In this document: positions 39,243 to 47,072 of the stretch, in pieces
Position numbering within the stretch: the stretch's first letter is position 1
Layout: every line of letters starts with the position of its first letter
From: Alphaproteobacteria bacterium
Lineage (GTDB): Bacteria > Pseudomonadota > Alphaproteobacteria > SHVV01
DNA length: 64,000 nucleotides
Direction of reading: 5' to 3'
NCBI GenBank assembly: GCA_965261735.1
Contig: OZ253470.1
Coordinates: 544,001-608,000 of the forward strand
The notes under the pieces: generated by a model
Told to the model about the DNA's origin: nothing
What the model saw: the letters and a program-made list of their open reading frames with translations, nothing else
The model's database searches: none
Program-made: the position numbers and the translations under genes

Positions 39243-40160
39243 ATGTTCGATATCGACAACACTCAGGCTCAGTCCGTCACCGCCACGGTTTGCGAGAACG
39301 CGCAGCTCTACGGCGCGACCCCCGAGCGCGACGAGTTCGACCCCCGCGAGGTCTGGGACGCAGACGACACGATGGACGCGGTGAGCGAAGCGTTCCGCAT
39401 CATCGCACAGGGCGTCGGGCCCGACGGCACACAGCTCGCAGACGAGCGCGAGAGCCTGCTCTGGGGCTTCGTCAACACCTTCGACGCACAGGTCCGGAGA
39501 CTCGACCGCAGCGTCGATAGGCTCAGCCCCGAGCTGCGCGACCTCCAGCGCGAGCAGGACGGCACCGAAATCAAGTCCCGCGAGCTGGAGCTGGTGACCG
39601 ACCGCGCGCAGAACTTCGGCGACCGGCGCGACGCGTTCGAGAAGATGCGCGACGCAGCCGCCGACGCCTACCGCGCAGAGACCGGCGACACCTGGCGCCC
39701 GCGACGCGGCAGCAACGTCTCGCAGACCGGGAAGCTCACCTCGGCGGCCATCGACGCACGCGACTTCATGCGGGCGAGGAAGGACCGCCAGATGAAGGCC
39801 CACCTGCCCGAGGGCACGCTGGTCGCCATCGCGGGTGGCAAGACCGTCTCCGACCCCGGCGCCGTCTTCGACCGCCTCGACAAGGCGAAGGCGAAGTACG
39901 ACGACATCATCCTCGCGCACGGCGGTGGACCCGGCGTCGAGCGCATCGCCGCGCAGTGGGCAGAACGGAACGGGGTGCACCAGGTGGTGTGCAAGCCGGA
40001 CTGGAACGCACACGGACGGGCCGCTCCGTTCCGGCGCAATGACGAGCTGCTGAACCTCCTGCCGAAGGGCGTCATCGCGTTCCCCGGCTCCGGCATCACC
40101 GAGAACCTCGTCGACAAAGCCCGCCAGCTCGGAATCCCGGTTCAGCGCGTCGCCGCGTAG
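39243..40160 (+). CDS. DUF2493 (SLOG/YspA-like) protein
   Basis: LAHGG--GVERIAAQWA, AAPFRRND, AFPGSGIT-NL. Confidence 0.85.
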   Translation: MFDIDNTQAQSVTATVCENAQLYGATPERDEFDPREVWDADDTMDAVSEAFRIIAQGVGPDGTQLADERESLLWGFVNTFDAQVRRLDRSVDRLSPELRDLQREQDGTEIKSRELELVTDRAQNFGDRRDAFEKMRDAAADAYRAETGDTWRPRRGSNVSQTGKLTSAAIDARDFMRARKDRQMKAHLPEGTLVAIAGGKTVSDPGAVFDRLDKAKAKYDDIILAHGGGPGVERIAAQWAERNGVHQVVCKPDWNAHGRAAPFRRNDELLNLLPKGVIAFPGSGITENLVDKARQLGIPVQRVAA

Positions 40161-40174
40161 CGCGCATCGTCACC

Positions 40175-40214
40175 ACGGGCCGCGTCGCTTCGGCGGCGTG
40201 GCCCGTTTCTTTTT
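40175..40214 (+). terminator. Intrinsic terminator
   Basis: ACGGGCCGCGTCGC-TTCG-GCGGCGTGGCCCGT followed by a T-tract. Confidence 0.75.
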
Positions 40215-40507
40215 GGTCGGACCCGTCGACGACGCCACCGAACGGCCCGCCTTCGCTTCGCGCGGCGGCTCCGCCGCTCTTCCTCCGCACGACCTCGCGC
40301 ACACGCCGCTTCACCAGCGACAGCGCGAGCGTCTTCACCGTCTCGCCACGCTCTACGACAATGTCCCGCGCGCGCCGATGACGTCGCTGATGTTGGTGGC
40401 GCTGCCGATGCCGATCCCGGTTATTCCGATGCTGACGACGGTGCAGACAGTGAGGCTGATGGCGGTGCCGAGGATGGATACCAGTGCGGTGAGCCATACG
40501 ATGAGTC

Positions 40508-40623
40508 TGGGCGCGTCGCTTCGCGACCGGGCTACCCTGTCGAGCCCGCTGCGCGGTCTCGCCCCTTCGGGCGGGTATCCCTCGCGCCTCCGCTCCCTTC
40601 GGTCGCTGCGCGCTCCGCTTGCC
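40508..40623. repeat. About 115-bp hairpin-rich direct repeat, copy 2
   Basis: Near-identical to 38767-38881. Confidence 0.9.
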
Positions 40624-41109
40624 CGGCGGCTCGCTTCGCTCACCGCCGCGTGCCGGACCGCGTCGCCAGCGCAGCGTTCGACGAACTCGTTGGGACCACC
40701 GCCGCGTTCTCCTCGCGCCTGCGCTTCGCACAGCGCTCGTCGCAGACCTCGCCTCGCTCGCCCTGGCAGGCTACGCCGGCTGCGGGCATCGCCACGGCTC
40801 GCCCCGGTGCACCCCGTGCGCCGCCGGGTGCCGGCTTCGCCGCGCACCGCTCGCTGCACTCGTGCGGACGCTCCTGCGGAGCGCGCCCGCACTTCGCTCC
40901 GCACCGTGCCGTGCAGTAGTGCCCGCACCAGTGCGAGCACCACCGCCCGGGCCTCCGGCAGCGTGCTGCGCACGACTGCCTGCGGCTCCGTCCGCACCGT
41001 CCGCCACTCAATCGCCGTGACGGCTCCTCTCCGCCGGGTTCCCCGGCGCCGATTTCCCCATCGCTCATACCGCAGATTCGGCCGTCCTGACCGCCCGGGG
41101 CGGCCTTGG

Positions 41110-41137
41110 GTTCCACACCCGACGCACCTCTGGTGCA
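41110..41137 (-). other. oriT core, MOBF nic site (predicted nick 41115/41114)
   Basis: - strand reads TGCACC-AGA-GGTGCGTCGGGTGT^GGAAC: R388-like hairpin plus F-like TGCGTNGGGTGT^GG. Confidence 0.8.
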
Positions 41138-41224
41138 GCGCGCGCAGGGCTGCATATGCGCCGCCTCCGGTGCCCATGAGCATGATCTTGCGCACCCTTG
41201 TCGCCGCTTGGCGTGCCGGAAACA

Positions 41225-41398
41225 GAGCTACCAATCTGGTAGCTCCCTGAATCGAGACCCAAGCTGCTGATATTGCGTGGTTTATCGGCGCCGCGACCCA
41301 ATGCGTGTTTGCCGTGTAACACGCCCCGAACACGGAGCTACCAAATTGGTGGCGCTTAGACCTGCGCACAGCTATGACAGCTACCAATCTGGTAGCTT
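41225..41398. promoter_or_regulatory. Three 21-bp palindromes AGCTACCA-N3-TGGTAGCT
   Basis: Copies at 41225-41245, 41335-41355 (degenerate) and 41378-41398. Confidence 0.8.
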
Positions 41399-41462
41399 TC
41401 AATCTGCCACGATTCGACACCGATTCCGCCCCTAAACGGGCCAGACACTCGAAAAGACGACC

Positions 41463-41771
41463 ATGGTTCAGACCGTCCAGAAGAACATCCGCGTCACCCC
41501 CGAGCAGTGGGAGCGCATCGAAAAGGCCGCCGACGAGCGCCGAGTCTCGGCCAATCAGCTCCTCGTCGAGCTGGCCATGGAGGCGCTCGACGGCCGCCAG
41601 TGGCCCCGCACCGAGGCGGAAATCCATCTTCTGCGCTCCGCAATGTTCACCGCACAGGCCATGGCGCGCGACATGGCCGCAGCCGGGCGCGGCGACGAGA
41701 TCGCCGAAATCGCCCGCAACATCTCCAAAGTCGCGCCGGAATTGCCCGAAGAGCCGGGCGAGAATGCCTGA
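41463..41771 (+). CDS. Ribbon-helix-helix-like protein, putative relaxosome accessory factor
   Basis: QKNIRVT-EQWERIEKAA…SANQLL pattern; adjacent to oriT. Confidence 0.7.
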   Translation: MVQTVQKNIRVTPEQWERIEKAADERRVSANQLLVELAMEALDGRQWPRTEAEIHLLRSAMFTAQAMARDMAAAGRGDEIAEIARNISKVAPELPEEPGENA

Positions 41772-41895
41772 ATGGACGACTCCGTAGCGCCGATACTGTT
41801 GCACGAACCGGAACTTTCGGACTGCATTCCGATGTGCCGACTACCGCGCCCACGCGCTTCGGACGTCGCTTTCGGACAGTAGATGTGGTGGAGAC

Positions 41896-42687
41896 ATGGT
41901 TGAACAAACATCGTTGAACCAGGCTTGGGGCCCACTTCGCGTCATCCTCGAGGACAACTATTCGTTCAACAGCATTAAACAAGTCGTGTCATTGGCCGGT
42001 GTCGACGTCACAAGTCTCGCCCACCTGGAGCAGAAATCCGGCGGTGGCGGCGCGACGAAGGGTCAACTCATGACCGCATTGGATCGCGAGATCGCCCAGC
42101 TCGACCATGCAGAAAAGTCTCGGGTGCTGAACCATCTTGCGGAAGAGATCGTTCGCCAGCGCCCTTGGGAGATCGAACGGCTGGACGGCTATCTTGAACG
42201 GTTGGGTTGGCAGTTTGCGGACGGAACGCTGGTTCCGATCGAGCTGTTCGACGTCGCCGAGCTTGTCGATCTGCCGGATGCCGCGAAAACCGACTTGCTC
42301 AAAGCGGCAGCCCGGCTTCGCGACGGCGACTTGAGCGGTGCGCTCGCCGCAGCCTGTGCGGCCGTGGACTCGGCCACCAACGCCGTCTATGCAGAGCACG
42401 GCCTGGGATCGCCGTCAAACGACAGTTTCCAGACCCGCTGCGCGAACGCACTCAAGGCGAAGCGCACGATATCGGGACTGACCGGCGAGCTGAGTGCGCT
42501 CGGCTGGAAAGAGGCCGATGCCGACAAACTGTCGAAGAATCTGCAGGGTGCCCTGAACCAGGGCGCCTATGTCATGCAAACGCTCCGTTCCAGAATGAGC
42601 GACGTCCACGGTTCCAAACGCGTGCTGAACCCCCTGGTCTTCGATTCACTCAAGTGGGCAGCGCTCATCGTGCGCATGTTGAAATAG
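41896..42687 (+). CDS. Abi_C/HEPN-like abortive-infection protein
   Basis: C-terminal LRSRMSDVHG; A-----GD-SGA helix pattern. Confidence 0.62.
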   Translation: MVEQTSLNQAWGPLRVILEDNYSFNSIKQVVSLAGVDVTSLAHLEQKSGGGGATKGQLMTALDREIAQLDHAEKSRVLNHLAEEIVRQRPWEIERLDGYLERLGWQFADGTLVPIELFDVAELVDLPDAAKTDLLKAAARLRDGDLSGALAAACAAVDSATNAVYAEHGLGSPSNDSFQTRCANALKAKRTISGLTGELSALGWKEADADKLSKNLQGALNQGAYVMQTLRSRMSDVHGSKRVLNPLVFDSLKWAALIVRMLK

Positions 42688-42760
42688 GTCCCAGGGCGCC
42701 GCGCCGTCACGCCGGTCGACTACCGTTAGACGGTATCTGTTCCATCAAGGAGAGTGCTTC

Positions 42761-43144
42761 ATGCCCGAAACTGCGAACCCCGACCAGCAGTTGGCGTCCC
42801 TCCTCGTCAGGACGATGGCGGTTACGTGCGTCCGAAACACCATGATCGAAGACATCCACGCCGGCCTCGTGCCGGTCACGAAGACCGGCGATTACTCCGA
42901 CGTCACGGTAATCGACGCGGACGGCCGGCGGATTCCGTGGCCGGAAGTCTCGCATTTCGACGACGATGCGATGCGCGCCCTGATGCGCCAGGTCGTCGAC
43001 CGCTTGCACACCTTTCAGGTCAGGGCAGAAGAACCAGGCTTCCTGGATCGGATTGGCCGCTGGATGGACGTCGCGAGCCGCTGGGACGAACCGAAGCTCG
43101 ACGAATCCTTCCTGCCCCCGAACGCCGCAAGGAGCGACCCATGA
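42761..43144 (+). CDS. Hypothetical protein
   Basis: AAGGAG RBS; ATGA coupling to the next gene. Confidence 0.75.
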   Translation: MPETANPDQQLASLLVRTMAVTCVRNTMIEDIHAGLVPVTKTGDYSDVTVIDADGRRIPWPEVSHFDDDAMRALMRQVVDRLHTFQVRAEEPGFLDRIGRWMDVASRWDEPKLDESFLPPNAARSDP

Positions 43145-43434
43145 CGGTCCCCACCACCACCGATGCCGGGCGCCGCTATGCCTTCGCCCCGCACCCCGAA
43201 CCGATCGAGGACATCCTCTATCGGATGCATATCATCTTCGAGGAGCCCGACGGGCGCCTGTGGTCGTCGGGGACCGATGTCATGGCGCCCTCCATGGACA
43301 GCGCGGAGGAATTCGCGGAGGACCTGAACAGCAGCCTGGGTCTCGACCACGCGGCGTGGACGGCGTTCGCCCGGCGGGTTTTCGCGGCGCGCCGGGAACT
43401 CGACAAGGACACCGACAGCGAGCCTTCGGGCTGA
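43141..43434 (+). CDS. Small hypothetical protein, apparent paralogue of 31768-32037
   Basis: Shared motif; coupled start. Confidence 0.7.
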   Translation: MTVPTTTDAGRRYAFAPHPEPIEDILYRMHIIFEEPDGRLWSSGTDVMAPSMDSAEEFAEDLNSSLGLDHAAWTAFARRVFAARRELDKDTDSEPSG

Positions 43435-43662
43435 TGCCCAACAAACCGAGAGCGCGGTCGACGGATTTCGGCTTGGGCGTCTTAACCGGCTCCGCCGTCC
43501 AACTCGTACCATGATTTCCGGCGATCATCGCATCGACTGGCGAGCGGCGTGGGCTGACTACACCACTCGCATCTTCTCCTACGCTATCGATATTGCACTC
43601 CGACCCGCCGAATATCCCCGCCCCTTGACACCACGTACGCGCTCATCCCTCAGTACCGCGAC

Positions 43663-46212
43663 ATGACAAACGCAATGGAACAGTCACCTCTCTGGCGACG
43701 GACTTACGGGGAATCGCTGTCAGACCCCATCGTCTCCCGACTGGTTACGTCCCTCCGCGGCGCACGGGAGCGCGCCTCCCTCCTAACGTCAAGGATAGTT
43801 GACAGCCTTCCCGGTCTCACGCTGCACGACATCTCGCACCTTGATGCTCTGTGGGGCGTGGCGAGCACGATCGCCGGAGACGACTACACCCTGAACCCGC
43901 TCGACTGCTACCTCTTCGGGACAGCGGTCCTTCTCCACGATGCCGCACTCTGCCACGAAGCGTACTCGGGAGGGCGGGACGCTGTAAGGGCGACCACCCA
44001 ATGGAGAGATGCCTACAACCGGCGACTCACCAACCAAGGCACGGTCGATCCCAATGATGTCGACTTCGAGGCTCTAAGGAGCCTCCATGCAACCCAAGCG
44101 GCCACACTCGCTACCGAGCCTTGGCATATCGACGAAGGAGACCCTTGGTACATCATCGACGATGCCGATCTCCGCAACCAATACGGGCCACTGATCGGAC
44201 AAATCGCGTCATCACATCACTGGGACATTGAGGACGTCGCAAACACCTTCGCGATTCCCCGCCCGGCCGCCGCCTTCCTTCATCCCGATTGGTCCGCAGA
44301 CCCACTCACCGTGGCCTGCCTGCTACGGGCAGCCGACGCTGGCCACATGAACTCCGCTAGGGCGCCGACCTTTCTCCTCAAGATCCTCCAGATGAACTCT
44401 GTGTCCAAAGCCCACTGGACGGCTCAGAACCATCTCGGTCACTTGTCCTACAACCACGACCACCCGACACAATTGGTCGTCGCGTCCACAGCTCCGTTTC
44501 CTAAAGCCGAAGCATCAGCATGGTGGGTGGCATTCGATCTCGCCGACCAACTGAACAGGGAACTCAAGCAGTGCGATGCAGTTCTCCGTACTGCCCGAGG
44601 AGCGCCTCGCCGACTCTTCGCCCGCACGGCCGTCGCCGGCGCAGGCAACCCGGTAGAACTCGCCAAGTATATCGAGACCCAAGGTTGGGAGCCGACTGAT
44701 TCCACGGTACACGTCTCGGATGTAGCGTCCTTGGTCGGGAGACTCGGCGGCGAGCAACTCTACGGCACCGGTGCCGACAGGCTCGCCATTGCGCTTCGTG
44801 AACTGATCCAAAACGCGGCCGACGCCATATCCGCAAGACGCCTCATCGGTGAAGCTGCATTCGAAGGTCACATCCGTGTTCGGCTCTTCAAAGACCCCTC
44901 GAATGGCCGTCAAGTACTCCAGGTAGACGACGACGGCGTCGGTATGTCACCGAGAACCTTATCCAGAGACCTTCTCGATTTCGGCAAGAGTTTTTGGGCA
45001 AGTGAACGCGCGTCCAGCGAATTCCCCGGAATACATGCCGCTAAACACTCGCCGATAGGTCGCTTCGGGATCGGTTTCTTTTCAATCTTCATGGCTGCAG
45101 AGAAGGTAGAGGTATTTTCCAGGCGTTTTGACGCCGCCCTACATGACGTTCGATGCCTCTCATTCGACAACGGTCTTTCCTTACGGCCCGTTCTCAGTGC
45201 CCGGAAACCCGAAGAATTCGCGATGAATGTCTCCACCAGGGTGAAGTTGGAACTCAAGCCCAATGTCCTCTTGGATCAGAACCGTATCACGATCCCTTGC
45301 AATATTTCGGGTCAGAAGCCTTTCTCCGTGTCTTTCAATCACTATCTTGCTGCCTTGGTGTCCGGTGTAGACGTCTCAATCTCCGTGGATACGGATGGCG
45401 TCGAAGCCCAGGTTCACAATGGGTTTCCCCCCGCGCCAGACCACCGAGCCCAGTGGATTCGTTCGCTTTCGTACGTGCCCGCAGGAGTCAATGCGCCGGC
45501 ACATCAGCTCGCCGATTCCGTATCCTCAAGGCTCAGTGAGATCCGTGATGGCGAAACTTGCTATGGTCTCGCAGCGCTAAGGATCGAATACACTGCGCCA
45601 CACGATTTTCTCACCGCCAAGGCGGTAGGCGGATTCGTTACCCACGATTCGCAGGGCGCGTTTGTCGGCCTGATCGACCACCTTCCGAATAGCGCAAAGC
45701 GAGAACCTGGAAAGATTTCCGCGCCTAAGCAAGCAATGGACTCCTGGTTGTCCGAGCAAGTCTCGTTGCTACCCAAGAGCTTCTCCCCGACACAAAACAT
45801 TTTGGCGTGTTACTCGCTTTGTCACTTCGATTGCGACCCCATCGATGTCCTTGTCGGAATACTCGTTATCACGCCAAACGCCGTTGCCTTCTGGCGCCTC
45901 GCGGAGCTCTCCGCGTTGCTTCGCGGTGGCAATAAGTTGGCTTTTCGTGTCGCCAGCTACGGTGATGCAAGGCACCTCGAACGCCACGGCGAGCAACACA
46001 CAGTCCCCGGAGTTTCCACCTGTTACGTGGTGTCTGGTGGCGAATTCAACAGCGCCGAAATCTCACAGAACGTCCCAGAAAAGCCAAACTCCCTGGTGGG
46101 AATAATCCACCGAACGTTGATCAACCAGGGAGCCGAGCCCGAGTGGATCGTCCGTCCAAACGTATACCGCGGTCTTTTCGATCGCTGCGACTGCCTCGAG
46201 GTGCGCATCTGA
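43663..46212 (+). CDS. HD-CE phosphoesterase-like domain fused to an HSP90-type GHKL ATPase
   Basis: TLHD--H, LLHD, SHH, LRAAD; LRELIQNAADA, DDGVGM, IGRFGIGFFS. Confidence 0.85.
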   Translation: MTNAMEQSPLWRRTYGESLSDPIVSRLVTSLRGARERASLLTSRIVDSLPGLTLHDISHLDALWGVASTIAGDDYTLNPLDCYLFGTAVLLHDAALCHEAYSGGRDAVRATTQWRDAYNRRLTNQGTVDPNDVDFEALRSLHATQAATLATEPWHIDEGDPWYIIDDADLRNQYGPLIGQIASSHHWDIEDVANTFAIPRPAAAFLHPDWSADPLTVACLLRAADAGHMNSARAPTFLLKILQMNSVSKAHWTAQNHLGHLSYNHDHPTQLVVASTAPFPKAEASAWWVAFDLADQLNRELKQCDAVLRTARGAPRRLFARTAVAGAGNPVELAKYIETQGWEPTDSTVHVSDVASLVGRLGGEQLYGTGADRLAIALRELIQNAADAISARRLIGEAAFEGHIRVRLFKDPSNGRQVLQVDDDGVGMSPRTLSRDLLDFGKSFWASERASSEFPGIHAAKHSPIGRFGIGFFSIFMAAEKVEVFSRRFDAALHDVRCLSFDNGLSLRPVLSARKPEEFAMNVSTRVKLELKPNVLLDQNRITIPCNISGQKPFSVSFNHYLAALVSGVDVSISVDTDGVEAQVHNGFPPAPDHRAQWIRSLSYVPAGVNAPAHQLADSVSSRLSEIRDGETCYGLAALRIEYTAPHDFLTAKAVGGFVTHDSQGAFVGLIDHLPNSAKREPGKISAPKQAMDSWLSEQVSLLPKSFSPTQNILACYSLCHFDCDPIDVLVGILVITPNAVAFWRLAELSALLRGGNKLAFRVASYGDARHLERHGEQHTVPGVSTCYVVSGGEFNSAEISQNVPEKPNSLVGIIHRTLINQGAEPEWIVRPNVYRGLFDRCDCLEVRI

Positions 46213-46246
46213 ACCGCTCTTGCACAACCTCTAGATCGGGAATTCC

Positions 46247-46420
46247 GTGGCTGACCGCCTGATCGCGGCGGGCTATGCGGGCATGCGGGGTCAGAGCTTC
46301 GCCGCAGGGACCGGCTCCGACGATCTCAACCTCGTGCTGTGGCGATGGGGCTCACACCGGCCTGACCGCGTCGTCGTCGACGACGATGAAGGCCGACTCT
46401 CCGGTGTACCGACACATTGA
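46247..46420 (+). pseudogene. C-terminal remnant of a RES-domain gene
   Basis: ADRLIAAGYAGM---SFA…NLVLWRWG…D-EGRL. Confidence 0.6.
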
Positions 46421-46539
46421 TCGTGTATCCCACCATCCCCCTTGTCCCCGCCATAGGACGCTTTCGTCAACAAGCATCAGTCCCGCGCATTCATCTCGGC
46501 ACCCTTGATGTGCGTCGACCACTTCAGGAGTAAGACAAG

Positions 46540-47028
46540 ATGAGTTCCGTGATTTGGGACGGAGACAACCTGATCCAGAAGGTCGGGCAAGACGTCGAGC
46601 AATTGGGGCATGTCAAACTCGACGAGAACGCCGGCGTGTGCGTGCTGTGGCTGAAGGACACGCGCGGCGTCTTCGGCCCCGGCAACACCTACATACGAGG
46701 CGACACCTTCCCGTCGATGAAGGACGCCAAGCAGCGCGCGGCCTCGTCCGTATCCGCTGGTGTTTTCCACTACATGTGGCTGGTGGGCCTTCGTGACAGC
46801 CAAGAGCGGTCCGACAGCGGCATTGCCCAAGCCATCGCGGATGCCGAAGACGGGAAGCCCCTGAAGGAATCCACATTCAAGGAGGAAATGGAAAGGCTCA
46901 CCGAACAGCTGAACAGGGCGGAGGCCAACGCAAACGAGAGCGTGACAAATGCCCGAAAGCGGGAGAGGTGGTATTTCCTTGCGGCATTGGCTGTGGCCTT
47001 GGTCGGAATACTTATGTCCGTCATCTGA
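46540..47028 (+). CDS. Hypothetical protein with coiled coil and C-terminal TM anchor
   Basis: AGGAG RBS; hydrophobic C-terminus. Confidence 0.7.
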   Translation: MSSVIWDGDNLIQKVGQDVEQLGHVKLDENAGVCVLWLKDTRGVFGPGNTYIRGDTFPSMKDAKQRAASSVSAGVFHYMWLVGLRDSQERSDSGIAQAIADAEDGKPLKESTFKEEMERLTEQLNRAEANANESVTNARKRERWYFLAALAVALVGILMSVI

Positions 47029-47072
47029 CCCGCCCGACGCAGCCGACCCCTTCGAATTCACCAACCAAACGA

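Noticed and set aside
41270-41335. Alternative nic-like TGCGTG/GTGT motifs
   Set aside because: Poorer match than 41110-41137, which has both the hairpin and the nick context.
41225-41398. Possible mini CRISPR array
   Set aside because: Only three 21-bp units with unequal gaps (89 and 22 bp) and no cas genes.
40198-41804. ORFs 40198-41250 (+) and 40353-41804 (-), including a hydrophobic stretch at 40353-40510
   Set aside because: They cross repeats, oriT and the RHH gene and are Arg/Ala-rich. The hydrophobic stretch has no start or RBS, though a gene remnant cannot be excluded.
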